NCBI GenBank assembly: GCA_002633005.1
Contig: NMRA01000344.1
Location: 411,354-475,353, forward strand
DNA: 64,000 bases
From: Phoronis australis
Taxonomy: Eukaryota > Animalia > Phoronida
Direction: 5' to 3'
The notes below the pieces were generated by a model that worked only from the letters and a program-made list of their open reading frames with translations, was not told the DNA's origin and searched no databases. Made by a program: the position numbers and the translations under genes. Every line of letters begins with the position of its first letter. Positions within the stretch are counted from its first letter, which is position 1. Positions 38,161 through 52,000 of the stretch are shown piece by piece.

Positions 38161-41100
38161 GAAAACGAGGCAACAAATCTGCCTGACTGAAGTTTACAGC
38201 ATTATGAGCAAATACAGCGAAAATCGAATGTCGCTGTGTAATCCAGGACCGCTCTATTGGAATACTTCATTTTAGAACCCTCTCAAAATAGTTACTCATG
38301 ACCGTGTTGTTTAGTTGCTGATGCCTTGAATCATCTGTTATGGGAATCATATTATTAGGTTACGTTAAGGTTTGAGACATATTCCGTGTCCCGAGTTAAT
38401 TGGTTATCAGTTTGAATATTAAGTACGTTATAAAACAAATGTATATGAGCAACTGAATAATCCAGGTCTGTTGGTCTTCGTGGATTTTGAGAAGCTCGAC
38501 TTCATCTTTTGGGATTTTCCATAAAATTTTACTTTTTAATTTTGGTCCAAAATCAAAAAATTGTTTCACTGCTTAATAAGGCAGTTTGTGTAAGTCAATA
38601 TGGACTAGCATCTCCATTTTTGAAATAGGTAGAACATTCAATCAAGACGACGTTTTGTACTTTTGCAAAATTAAAGGGAACCTGTTGAGAAAGAAAAAAT
38701 ACAGAGGAAAATGCACATTGGCTCTAAATAATATAAAATTTACCCTTTGGTAATGACACTGTCATTATACTTAAGATTTTAGAAATATCGTTAATACGCT
38801 CTTGTCTCTTGATCAGTTCACGAGTTATTCACGTCTAACACCGGATTTAGTAAAAAAACTGGATAGGTTCCATGAAACATAGTAATTCAATTTGTAAATT
38901 TATCTACCCTTGGAAAATACTGAAGTAAATTGTTTCTTCTGCTAAAACTTATTCTTGTTCTGTCGTGTTTGCCAAACTCCAAGGACCTGTTTGGTAATAG
39001 ATCTATTTGGGGAGGAAAATACGATAAACCTGGCCGTAAAACCAACAGTATGGGTTAGGTGGATCTAAAATGATAGACAGTTATCATTTTGTGAAAGAAA
39101 TTAAGATTACAGGAATACGTAGACTCCTGGATGCCAGATGTTTGCCACAGATTCTAGTGCTTGCCTAAGTCTCTTACTATGGACAGAATTGAAATCACTT
39201 GACTATCTGAACTTTGAAGTTTATAAGCATGATGTGATTCCTTTATGAATTAAAAAGTAATTAAACGAGAAAAAATATCATATCAGCCAATGGTTAACCC
39301 CCATGTCAAGACTGGTGGCGAAACTCTATTTTGGAACAATTGATGTGAAAAAGTTCTGTTACATTTCAGGTCGATTAGATGGGGACGAATTTGTCGTTGG
39401 ATAGTTTTTGTTCAAACAGTTCAATTGCAGACTTGTGATATTAAGAATTTAAGGCACAACAAAAGTTTTGTTATCAGCGGAAATATTAAAAAGAGTACAT
39501 TTTTCTCATGTGTGAAGCCTTCGTGCCAATTAAGTGGAATAACTATTTGAAGATAATATGGGACAAAACATATATGCTGAAGTTTTGTGGTTCGTAAATA
39601 CAGTGAACTTAGGTCTGGGGTAAAATGGCAGACAGATCGCGCTGCACCTGGCCCTTCTGATTGGTGGACAATACCCATTATGCGAACTTTACTCTTGATT
39701 TGAAGCTTCGCTAGTTTTAGTTTGGCATTCTCGTAGAACTACCAGTGGCACTTATTTTCTTGTGAAACTGGAAACGTGATGTCGTTCAAAACTGAAACGC
39801 TATAAAAACTGGGTCAGAATTAGGAGGAATATCTCTCTGGCTACAAATACAGTTACGGTTCAATTTGGCAACCGACTTAGAAACCACCCAGTGCAAACGT
39901 AATCGTATGTGTCTGCAAATCTATTTAAAAAACAAGGCCTCACTGGTAAACCTCCAAATTTAACTATATTGCGAAAAGAAATATGCCTGTGTTGTTTAAT
40001 GCTTCGAGAAATACAATTGGACGACTTCAGAAATAAATGGTCAAAATCGAAAAAATTAATAACACAAAGCGCTATTCTTAGCACCGTTGTCTCTCTCGTC
40101 CACCCTCTCTTTCTCTCTGCCCACCCTCTCCCCTATATCTCTGTCCCTTTTTCAGAAAGTGTATAGTGCAAACTATTCTAAATATTCTTTTAACTTACAA
40201 AACCCAGCTCGGACTTACACTATCCTTCACTTACATCTTCTACAGACTGACTGTAAATTAAAGCAAAGGAATCCCACACCTTGTACATGTACAGGCTCAT
40301 CTCAACTGGAGAATAAATTGTAAAAAGAGAAACATGTCAATTTAAAGAACTTACGAATTTAATTAAATTACTATTTTCGGATTCACGAGTTCATTGTTGT
40401 AGTAACAAAGCGATGTATATATTTTATGTACAGATGTCGTGTTACTGATTTTCGAATGCTACCGAAAATAAAAAATAGTGTCAGCTATATTTCTACGGAA
40501 CGGCGCATTCCCTGAAACACAATTTCCTGTAAGCATTGCCTTATCAAACTGTTACTTGACCTTGTGATTTGATTGCGCTCGTACATGTTTTATCGACTAC
40601 TCAAGGGCGTTGTCATCATAACGTCAAATGCCAACTGGATAACTCATGCCATGCGATAACACTGAGTGGGAGTGAATATTTCACTATGCACAATAAAGTC
40701 CACTCTGTCTTTAAGCGCTCTACACGGACGTCTATATGTATATGTTTAAGCATAGACATTCAGCACGGATAATTGGCCTTAAAACGCGTTTCACATGATT
40801 TTAAGCTCGGTAACCTTTGTTTATGTTGCTCTCTGAAGACCTTTCAGTTTGTCCCTCATTTCAATTCACACCTACCCCCCTTCCAAAAGGTGTCATCCAT
40901 GTGATGCACACTAAGGCAAATACGGGATAAGTGGGTCTGGGGATTATCGTCTTTGAAGGGCACTGAATAGACGGATATTATCACGATGGGAGGGCACCGT
41001 CTGAGATGACTGGCAATCAGTTGGGTTGGAGAATAAAGAAGCTAGGGTCGTATTTGTATAGTTTGTTGTTGTAGCGTTGAGCGTGTACACAAGCAATAAC

Positions 41101-41302
41101 TATCAGACTGGCTTGACTGACATGCCTTTATTTCTACATGGCTGAACCGGAAGCGCCGGTAAAAACTATCTAACGATTAACACAGGGATAAGTTAGTAAA
41201 CATATAATCACACTTCTCCCTTCTTCTAAAGTTTTGAAGAAACTACTTAAACTAAGCGCTAAAGGTATAAGTCCATCTTAAAACTTAGAACGTTCAAAAG
41301 AG

Positions 41303-44300
41303 TCACTCTTCAATGAGGCGCTCAGGTCGATTCCGAGGACGGCTAGATCTTCTAAGCTGCGTCGATTGGGTTTGTTCTAAATCTGGTGTCCGCAGTGTTT
41401 CCTGGTTGTTCACTGGTGCCTCCTGTTGTGAGGATGCTGAAGGTGGTTTGTACAGGTCACGTCGGTTACGACAAACTTCTGCTCCTTCATCTGTCTGAAC
41501 CAGGTAAGACCGTGTTGACACTTCTTCGCGTACTGTGGCCTTGTCGTCCCACTTCTTCGACACGTGGTCGTACACGTTTACTATGTCACCAACGTGTAGA
41601 GGGGGTAGTGCTCTCGTGTTCGGATCGTAGTGGTCTTTGCGTTTGTCGTTTTGAGACAACTTGAACTCAACCACATTTTTAGAGTTTTCTACCTTTAGTA
41701 ATGCTGGATGGACAGGAACACTGGTTCTGATTTTTCTTCCCATCAGCAACTGGCCAGGAGATAAGCCACATGATATCGGTGTGGCTCGATATGCTTGCAA
41801 AGCCTTATACATGTCCACGTTCTTCTCGAGCAAATGTTTGACTTGTTTCACGGAGCTTTCCGCTAAACCGTTTGAGGCAGGGTAGTATGGACTAGACGTG
41901 ATGTGTTGAAAGTCCCACTCTTTGCTGAAGTTCTTGAACTCCGACGAACTATATTGCGGGCCGTTATCCGAAATAACCACGCCAGGCGTTCCATGGCGAG
42001 CAAACATGGACTTCATCGCTGCTATCACTGCACCACTAGTTGTACACTGCAGGTACGATATTTCCGGGTACAGAGAATAGTAATCGGTTACTATGACGTA
42101 CTGTCTCTGTTTGATCTGGAACAGGTCAGATCCAACCCTTTGCCAGGGTCTTGTAGGTACTTCATGGGGTTGTAGAGGTTCCGCTGCTTGTCGAGGAAGG
42201 TAGGTTTGTCAAGTAGAACAATTCTGAACCATCTGAGCTATGTCCGCGTTCATTCCGGGCCAATACAACAATTCCCTTCCTGTACGTCTACACTATTCGA
42301 TTCCCATGTGTCCTTCATGGAACCTCCATAGCTTAAGTTTTCTCAGTGACTTAGGTATGACGAGGTTATATCCCTTAAGCACTAGTCCATTTGCAACAGA
42401 CAGTTCTTCTCGAACATTCCAATAGTTGCCGGCGCCTGTAGGGCATTCACTTTTACTTTGCGGCCATCTGTCTAAGATGACAGCCATAAGGTTTGTCAGT
42501 TCTGTGTCTTTGGAGGTCTCCTCCTTGATTTCGTCTATTCTCGCGTCCGAGATCGGCATGGTGCGGAAAACCATATCAATGTAGCAGTTAATGTCGTCTA
42601 CCGAGGTTGTCTGGTTTACTGTCTTTTCTGGTGCTCTCGAAAGTGTATCAGAGGCTGCAAGATGTTTTCCAGGTGTGTACTCAACCTTCAGGTCATATCT
42701 CTGCAACCGTAGCAACATCTGTTACATTCTTAGTGTACAGTCGATGAGTGCTTTCTGAAATATATTCACTAAAGGCTTGTGGTCTGTTTCTGCAACCACT
42801 GTTGCACCATATATAAACTGGTGGAAGCGTTCGCAGGTAAATGCAATTCCTAGAAGCTCTTTTTCAATTATTGCGTATCTTTCTTCCGCTGATGTCATCG
42901 ATCTCGATACATAGGACACTGGTTTCCACTGCCGGTCATGTAACTGTAAAAGTACAGCCCCAATCCATTCTTGCTAGCATCCGACGACAACTTGATTGGT
43001 TTTGACGGGTCGTAATACTGTAGGACTGGTTCTGACTGTAGTACAGCCTTGAGTAAGTTCCATGCATTCTCTTGTTCTGGGCCCCATTGCCATTCATTTC
43101 TGTTGTTAAGCAATTCCGTCAAAGGTGTTGTCATCTTTGAGAACTCTGGTACCCACTTGGCGAGATACGTGGTCATGCCTGGAAACCGTTGGATTGCAGC
43201 TTTGTCTTTCGGTCTCTCCATTTCCTGGATTGCAGATACTTTCCGTGGGTCTGGTTTAACACCGTTACTAGTAAGCCGATCACCGAGGAAGGTTAACTCA
43301 GTCATCCCAAATTGGCACTTGCTTTGGTTGAGCTTCAGGTTATTCTTACGAGCTGCTTCAAGTGCTAACATGAGTGCTTTGTCGTGCTCTTCTTTGTTGC
43401 GTCCCCACACAATGATGTCATCCATTGAAGTATCGACTTTTTGAATGCCTTCAAATATCTGACGTATCGTTTTGCTGTAGACTTCTGGTGCACTAGAGAT
43501 GCCAAAGGGTAAGCGTAGATAATGCCATCTACCGAATGGTGTGTTGAAGGTCGTCAGTAAACTGCTAGAATCGTCTAACTGGAGCTGCCAAAAGCCTTCA
43601 GAAGCGTCCATCTTGCTGAAGATTTTAGCATTAGAGAATCTGGCTGTGATCTCTTCCTGAGTAGGTAACTTGAAATGTAGTCTCTTAATGGCTCTGTTAA
43701 GATCTCTTGGATCTTGGCAAACTCTGATTCTGTCGCTGTTAGGTTTCTGAACTACGACTACACTGTTAACCCATTCCGTGGGCTCGTCGACCTTCACGAT
43801 CACTCCCATGGTTTCCATCAGCTGTAGCTCTTCCTTTAATTTGTCGTGCACCTCGAATGGAATTTTCCGACATGGATGTATGACTGGTTTGACAGTCGGA
43901 TCCACAGTTATGCTGTGTGAGCCTGGTAAACATCCAAAACCGTCAAATACATCACCGTAGTTCTTCATCAGTTCTTCGAATTCATCGTCTTTGATCTCAA
44001 AAATGAGCCTAACCAAGTCCAGCTGCTCACATCACGATTTTCCGAGAAGTGACGTTACTCTTCTGGGTACGATGAAGAATGTTGTCCATATCTTCTTAGT
44101 CCCATGGCTCACTTCTACTTGGCGTATCCCTTTGACTGGGATTTTGACGTTGGTGTACGCTTTTAGCCCTTGTTTAGTTTGGCTCAACTTAGGTTTTGGA
44201 TTAAGTTGGTTGTAGTCAGCTTCAGAAAGTATGTTAGCTTGCGCACCTGTGTCAAGTTTTGAAGGTATGTTCTCTCCCTGGACATTAAGGTTAACAATCC

Positions 44301-45258
44301 AATCGTCGTTTCCATTGTTGTGAGAGTTGTTGTTGTCAATGGTAATGTCTCCTACGAAGAAATGTTCCTCAGTAGTTTCTGTCGTGTCAATGTGCTTAGT
44401 CTGGCAGTACTTAGCGAAGTGGTTCTTGCCTTGACACCTTGCACATATCTTCCCATAAACAGGGCATTGCATAGATGCATGATGTGTTCCACAGCGACGG
44501 CAATGGTGTGTTTGTTGCTGCTGCCTTCTGTACTGTGGTTGCTGTTTCACGTGCTATTGTTGCTGTCTCGCGTGCTGTTGTTGCGGTCTCTGTTGTCGTT
44601 GCCATTTTTGTTTTTCCACGTAGTGGGGCTTGGGTTTCTGTTGTCATGAGTTCACTGCATGAACAGTGGCTTCCTGGCCTGTGTGTTGCACTCCCATCTG
44701 GGTTTTGGCAATTTCAGCAGCTTTACAGTGTTGAATAGCTTTCAGCAAGGTCAGGTCTGGTTCTCTCAGCAGGTTTTCGCTAAGTTTGTCATTCGAGATA
44801 CCCACCACGATACGGTCACGTATGAGGGTGTCTTGTAAGTCTCCAAATTCGCATGTTTTAGCCAATATACGTAGTCTGGTCACATACTGATCAATGGACT
44901 CATCTGTTTGTTGAGTACACTCGTTGAAGTTAAATCTTTCAACACTGACATTGGATTTTGGTGTACAGTACTCTTTAAATTTACTGAGTATTGTGTCATA
45001 GTCTAACTCAGTGCCAGACTCAAAGTTAAATGTGTTATAAACGTCAAGTGCATCTTCCCCAATAACGTGTAGCAACACTGATGACTTTTCACATGCGTCC
45101 CTTTTGTCTCCGCCTGAAGCAGTCGTGTACAGTTTGAATCGTTGTTCAAGTTCAAATTTTTTCCAATTGTCTGCTATGTTACCAGTTAAACACAAGGCAG
45201 GAGGTGGCGTTAGGGTCATATTGGCTGGCTGTGTTGTAGTCGATGATTTAGCTGCCAT
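41303..45258 (-). pseudogene. gag-pol pseudogene of the Gypsy element
   Basis: Split across ORFs 44644-45258, 44032-44550, 42895-44016, 42722-42919, 42293-42718 and 41303-42028 by stops and frameshifts. Confidence 0.92.
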
Positions 45259-45456
45259 ACTATAGTCTATTTATAGCAGTAAACATGCTGCGTTCTGATT
45301 CCAGACAGTTAGTTAAGAAACATAAACAACATGTGTGGATCTCACCCGATATGTCTTGTTCCGCGAAGCACTGCAACGGGTTTCAGTCTGCTTCAATCAC
45401 AAATATAAACACAACCGTCCTGTCCCGTTTCCAAACAGTCACTAAAGTGTTTCTTT

Positions 45457-45469
45457 ACTCCTGACACCA
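45457..45469 (-). promoter_or_regulatory. Primer-binding site complementary to the tRNA-Leu 3' end
   Basis: TGGTGTCAGGAGT directly follows the 5' LTR; the plus strand ACTCCTGACACCA matches the 3' end of animal tRNA-Leu(CAG) plus CCA as I recall it. Confidence 0.8.
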
Positions 45470-45996
45470 TGTATAGTTTGTTGTTGTAGCGTTGAGAGTG
45501 TACACAAGCAATAACTATCAGACTGGCTTGACTGACATGCCTTTATTTCTACATGGCTGAACCGGAAGCGCCGGTAAAATCTATCTAACGATTAACACAG
45601 AGATAAGTTAGTAAACATATAATCACACAGTATTAGGAACAAATTTCATTCTTTTTGAAAATCAAATAAACATTGTAATGGACACGAAACTTATTTTGAA
45701 CGCATATCGTCTGCAATAAAAGTTTTGGAATTATCAGTGTACTGCTGTACCACCTAGTAACAATTTTAAATATTGATCGACCTCGTTTCAACAGTGCTCT
45801 ACAATTAAATTAAGATTTCTGTTAAAATGCGTACATGGCGGGAATAAAAATTGTTGATGAGGTTATGATGAAAATATTGCTGGCTTGTCTATTCGTAAGA
45901 CCTACCAGCTGCCGACCTCTGTGACTGAAAAATTAAATCTAATGTCTGGATTAACTCGTGGTTCCCATTCGTTTCAGGTCACTCATCACGTGTCAA

Positions 45997-46060
45997 ATGA
46001 ATATTTGTAAAGTTGGAGGAAAGCAGTGCCCAACTGTTTTGGTTCTACTGTTTATTGTAT
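45997..46060 (+). CDS. Gene 2 exon 1: signal peptide MNICKVGGKQCPTVLVLLFIV(C)
   Basis: Acceptor tttcag| at 45978, ATG 45997, donor T|gtaagt (phase 1); same layout as gene 1 exon 1. Confidence 0.78.
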
Positions 46061-49000
46061 GTAAGTACTAACAGAATACGTCCCCACTTAAATAACAATA
46101 TTCCTCTCCCTTCACCACATACAAGAAGCCTAAAATATGTACCCACTCTTATGTGCAACGTCAAGACATCAAAATCATTTTGCGTGGATCAGCGTCTGTG
46201 TCTCCTGTACGGCGTGCACTAAATATAGATGTGTGAGTCATTTGTGGCTCTTGGCGCACAGGCATGGCAAACAAACGACTCAATTTTGGAGTGAAAAATG
46301 TATCGTGTCGTGTAACTGGAAACTTTATAACGCCAAACAAGTACAGCAACAATTTTATTTTGTTTGAAAAATGTTTTTAAAAATTCATTTTCTGATCTTC
46401 TCTTTGTGAATTTAAAGGAACAATCCTGGTTTCTTATTACGAAAAACAAGGCAGCTATTAAAACATGAGCCCGCACAGTTGTGGGACCTGTGGTGTATTT
46501 CTGTGCCAAGGAATTAGACTACTATTTTTGCTCTAGTAAACATAGAACATAAAAAGGGAATGAAGTTACAAAAATGTTCAGCCTTTCACACTACGGGTAG
46601 ACTCGAAGGTTAGCAAAACTTGAAACACTACATGTACATGTCCATTTTGGAAAATAGGTCGCAAGCTCGTCGCATAGATATCGTCATATCTATTGTTCAC
46701 TTTGTTTCTCTTTCTTATAGAAAATACAATGGCAAGATTTTATCGTTAGCCCAAGGTACAACAACGGTACGACCTTCGTTGTTATATCCAACAACGATGC
46801 AATAAAACAATGACAGCGTCCCATAAGCGATAACCATGCGACACCCTCACCCCCGTCGCATGCATCTCGCAAGTTAAAGAATTGCTTGAGAAATCCATAC
46901 GACATCACTTGGCATTACTTTGCAGACTCATGATTAATGATGATCAGTCTAATATCTGTATGATTACCATTCATGCACTTAAGCTTCATTCATTGGAAAT
47001 CTGTTTTGATCATTTATCATTGCTCAGTGGTGATAAATCATATAAATGGCCGCTTTTATTAATATAGCTAGTATTGTTGATTGGTAGTAACAGTCGATTA
47101 CATAACTTTCAACTAAAATAATTATATGGATTCATAAAAAATATCACGATTTCTCTGAATTCTCATTGATTTTTATACACATTTATATCAGTTGATAAAT
47201 AAGTATTACTATGATTTCATGTCACTGTTTCTCGCAGTTTCCATGAATTTTTATCAATTTATATGAGACGACAAAACGCAGTCAGACTGCTCATGAAAAC
47301 AAAATGTTCATCACAATGGTTATCATGTTTTACATTAATATTGCAGTGGGAATGCATGTCTTTGACCCAAAATAGTTTGTAAATGCTAAAAGCAACCAAA
47401 ACAAAGATGACATTGAACATATACCAATTTATCAGAGTAAACAATAAAATGATTTAAAAAGAATTAAGAAATAAGAGATGTATTATAAATACCGATGCGA
47501 AAATTTTGGATTTTAACCTTTTGGAATAGACTTCCTAAATGCTGGGCACACTGAAATGTTTTAACAGAATAAAAATTCTATCAGGAATTCTTCTCAATTT
47601 CGAACCATGTTGTTTTGATATGAAGCATTTAAAAGGCTGATAAATCCCGGGAATGAATAAGCTACCCAACACTATCTAATGATCCACAAAGAAGACAACT
47701 AATCCGACAGATAAAAATGCTTTCCACCAGGTACTTTAAGAGCAAATACTATGGCGTCTAACACAACAACGAGTAACGTGACTAACGCAACACCAGTTAG
47801 TACTGGGACCTCTGGATCAACGAGTAATGAGACAACCGCACCACCAACGGCTAATGAGACGTTTACAACGCCAACAGGCTCTCTGGGGACTGCTACTCTA
47901 TCAGATACAGCGAGTACACGAAGAAAAACACCAGCAACTACTTCACCAAATAAGCCATCACCAGCCAAACCTACCGAAGTTGCTCCTGTCATTGTAAACA
48001 CAGGTTAGCGGCTATGTTAATCTTGTATTGAATTCACTGCACTGGATTGCTTTTTAGACCATTTAGTTTGCGACTTGAATCGTGTACTATTCCACCTCGT
48101 TTAAATTTTCAATGTTTATTCTGATGGATTATATGCTCTGTTACCAGCATCCAATAGCTTTTATACATGAGATGAGTAGGGGGCACTTAAAACGCAAGCT
48201 AACGTATATATGTTTCTGCTGAGGTATGCAGTTTGAGTGTGACCTATATTTCAAGTTCCAACCAAAACGTATTTGGAATCTATAGTTGCACCACACTTGC
48301 AATAGCTCATGCTCGGCAAATTCTACTGCAGTTATTATTCCGACTGGATCCAGACAGTGACCCGTAAAATGTGCGAGGTCTACCACCAGAGGTTCCACAA
48401 AACTGATATATATGCCTCTGTACATTCATGCATGGGTCACTGAACAACCCTTACCCTGATACCACCCATTTTTGGCTATTTTGACATAGACTCCAAATTT
48501 CTTTGAGAATGAATAGTTCGGTAACAGCCTTCGTTAACACAAGCTTCGTTGAAGTTTCACAATGAATAGTCGAAGTTTCAGATAAAAGCATTTCACTGGC
48601 AATCTGACTCACTGGGATGTCCTACGCTCCGTCGCTTATCGTTTTATTTCGACTGGCCAATTTATATGAAGTGCCCGTTTCAACATTCAAATTTTGAGTT
48701 GATTGTCAACTTTCAATGACTGTTGTAAAACTGCACGGCTCTGATAATATAAGAAATTGCTGGGTTCGATCAATACGTTTAACATTTCTTTAAACACACT
48801 ATGTTCCAAATGCGCAATATTTTGAGAAATTTTACATGAGCTCAATTAAGTAATAAATTTTCATCGGTCATTTCATTTGTTCACTTCAAAGGAGAATGCC
48901 ACCTAAAAAAACAAGCTATTTTGTATCAATTTAGATGGAGTAGTTCTACTCGATAAGGGCACGTTCGGTTGCGTTACCTGACGGCAGACGGAGGTGTTGA

Positions 49001-52000
49001 AATTCTCCAATGACGTCATAGGTTTCATACGCTGTCCGTTCAGCAGTTCACAACACGGGTTACTTGTGTCAGCGTATCGCTTGAATTCATCGTTTAACAC
49101 CAATAAATCCTCAAACTTCGATGTAAAACCCTTAAAAATACACCGAGTACTCATAAAAACGTGTTGTTTATTTCGCTGTTACGGATTTATTGGTATTTGG
49201 ACACACTCAGTAGCCTACAAAGGTCGGCAGGCCAATTTACCAAGGTCCGTGGCAGGAGTTTGGGGTCTGTTCCGAGATACATTCGAAGTATTCTTCCGTG
49301 AAATACAGACAGGGGAACCTACATCTGTGTTGTTTATACTTGTGATTTTTTAGTTCTAAACAAACAAAACGCTTGTTATCCCGATCAGACCCGTCGCGGC
49401 CGCCGGGACTGCCACGAACACAAAGCAGCTTAAGTTGGAGACTAAACCTCCAGTCACGAAGACTATAATAGTGAGCCAAAGAAATAATGTGCACGTAATT
49501 ACTTTTGTGAATTAGCACGAAACTGAAAATCTTCTTACTTGTCGAGGACCGCGAAGTCGGATTCCACAGAAAGTCAGGGCAAAGGTTGTACAGCAACAAT
49601 GGTTTGAATAATGTATTTGTATTTCTAAATAAAAATTCCCCTAACATGTGACCATAGCATATAAAACCGAGTACTTGTTTCAAAACAGCTTTCTGTCCGC
49701 AAACACTGAATTAGCATGCGCTCACACTGCCTCGGCTCGGTCAGTTACCTTTGTTGCCGGCACCTAAAGCCGGTAACGATGTGGTTTATTCATTGGTGGC
49801 TTCTCTACATTTGCAGTCAGCTTGACTTGGAAACTAAACCTCCTGTCACAAAAAGGCTATAATAGTGAGCTAAAAAATAAGGTGCAAGTAATTATTTATG
49901 TGAATTAGCCACGAAACTGAAAATCTACTTACTTGTCGGGGGTTGCGAAGTCGGGTTCCCCTTCCACAGACCGTCAGGGCAAAGGTTGTACAGTAGCAAT
50001 GATTTGAATAATGTATTTGTATTTATAAATGAAGATTCCCCTAATATGTGACCACAGCATGTAAAATCGAGTAATTGTTTCACAACAGCTTTCTGTCAGC
50101 AAACACTAAATTAGCATGCGCTCACACGGCCTCGGTGCTCGATCAATTACCTTTGTTGCCGGAATCAAAACCCAGTAACGCAGTGGTTTATTCATTGCTG
50201 GCTTCTCAACATTTGCATTCACGAATACTGCAAAGGCATTCAAAATTGTATCTAATGAGACAGACTTTGTTTCAGTTTCATATAAGCATTGATTAGGACG
50301 AGAATAATTCATTTTGAAACAGAACGCAGAATAATAAACCATGCGTGTACCCAGCCTTCAGTATGGGGGGCTCGAATTCCTGACGTTGTGGACCTTTTGA
50401 TAACAAAAAGGCGGGCGGACTAAAAAAAGAAAAACAATAAAAAACGAGGGCATCACTGTGAATTGCGCGTTTGTGCCTGTTTAGTGGGATTTTTTCTCAT
50501 TTTCACGGACTTTTTGTTTCTCAGAGGCGGATCTTTTTTATGGGTGGGGCACGTTCGAGCCCCCCGGGGTGCGCGCATGTAGGCCTAAACGTCTACACGA
50601 AAACTCGCCAGGCGCCAATCCCGACTTAGTGAAGAGCTCATCTGACGAAGACTTCACGGGTCGGATCGTTAGGTTCCACAGGCTATCAGTTCTAACCGGA
50701 ATACACTTATAAAGAAATACTAGAGAGGCGCCGTGAACGTATGGATAGTTCTTTGATAAGCCGGAATTCGTCAGAGAAATCACTGTCGACGAAATGCCGG
50801 CCACAGACACGGAGATGTTTCACGGCCTCCTCCTTGCTATTAACAGCGTACCTTTCATTCTTCACTTCCGCCAGCCACTTCTCAAGCGTTTCGGGCTCTC
50901 GAGGAAGTCGAAAAAAGGATATACCTGCTTTCTTCGCAGTTTCATAGTTCAGACAAGCAGGAACGATGCACCGCATTATAGCGGCATTCACTCTGTAGGC
51001 GAACCACTGACGTATCTGCGTCGTTTCTCACCTTCAGCACAGGTTAACGCGACACCTCTCGGCAAGGTGAGGTCGACTGTATAAGAGGCGATGTAGATAT
51101 AGACCCATTAAGACGGTAAAAAAGACTAATTAAATCGGGTGGCATTCTCCTTTAAAGGCTTTCGGCGTTTTTGAACCTAAATTTATACACGGCAGGGGGG
51201 ACAATTCGCATGAATTGAAAAACAATATTTGTAAGACTTTGTCTGTGAAAAGCGCGTCAACGCATTTAAATTAACGTTCGAACACTGGAGACACCAACCA
51301 TCAAAATGAAAACCTGGAGCACGGTTTTAAGGAGGTTTTTGAGTTTTGCTACTTCAGTTGTTTGAGGGTATCGACACACCCGATTATTTACTTCAAAACT
51401 CGTAGTTTGTTCAGATACCAAATCGTTTAGGCTTCTTAGAATCCGTGTTTAAATAAAATGAGGATTTGCTGAAAATGGCTATCACGTGATTAACGATTTT
51501 CTTGCACTTTAAAAAGTCTGAATTCCGATGATTTTTTTTCAAAACTAAATAAAAGTACGTAGTTTTATGAATTGACAATGAACAACTAAAACTGACTTGT
51601 TGAAACATAAAAGAAATTTACGGCTAACTCAATTCAAATGGTCTTTGGGGATGACTCTTTTGTTTGGATTGCCAGGCACTTTCGGTCGGGTTTTCTAAAG
51701 GTAATGTAGTTCTTGATGACATGTAGTGCACAATGATTTATAGATACTTTCTTGCAATACGTCAAGTGTGACTATGGATCATTCCTTACTTAGTTTGCCG
51801 CAATTGTATATTTGATATTACCTTGTGGCGGTACAAATTTGTCAAATACTAGAAGGCATCACGTGGGTCCATTTTAAAGATTGTTTGGCAGTCCAAGTAC
51901 AGCAGTATATTTGGTGGTGTCTGTGATTAATTGGTACATTTGTAAATAGCATTCTGTACTACATGTTATAGCTGGTGTATGATCATACACCAGCTACAAC

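Larger units (their letters stand above)
41055..45629 (-). mobile_element. Full-length Ty3/Gypsy (Mag-like) LTR retrotransposon, coding region disabled
   Basis: 160-bp LTRs at 45470-45629 (5') and 41055-41214 (3'), 4 mismatches; TSD GTATT; PBS 45457-45469; PPT AGAAGAAGGGAGA. Order gag (two Zn knuckles), protease KLDTGAQAN, RT (LPFGISSAPEVY, SMDD), RNaseH (DAS, EKELL, TDHKPL), integrase (SDNGPQY, SNGLAESSV). Confidence 0.96.

Noticed and set aside
41303-45258. Many disablements despite near-identical LTRs as an anomaly
   Set aside because: Four LTR mismatches in 160 bp imply tens of mutations across 4 kb, enough to explain a handful of stops and frameshifts.
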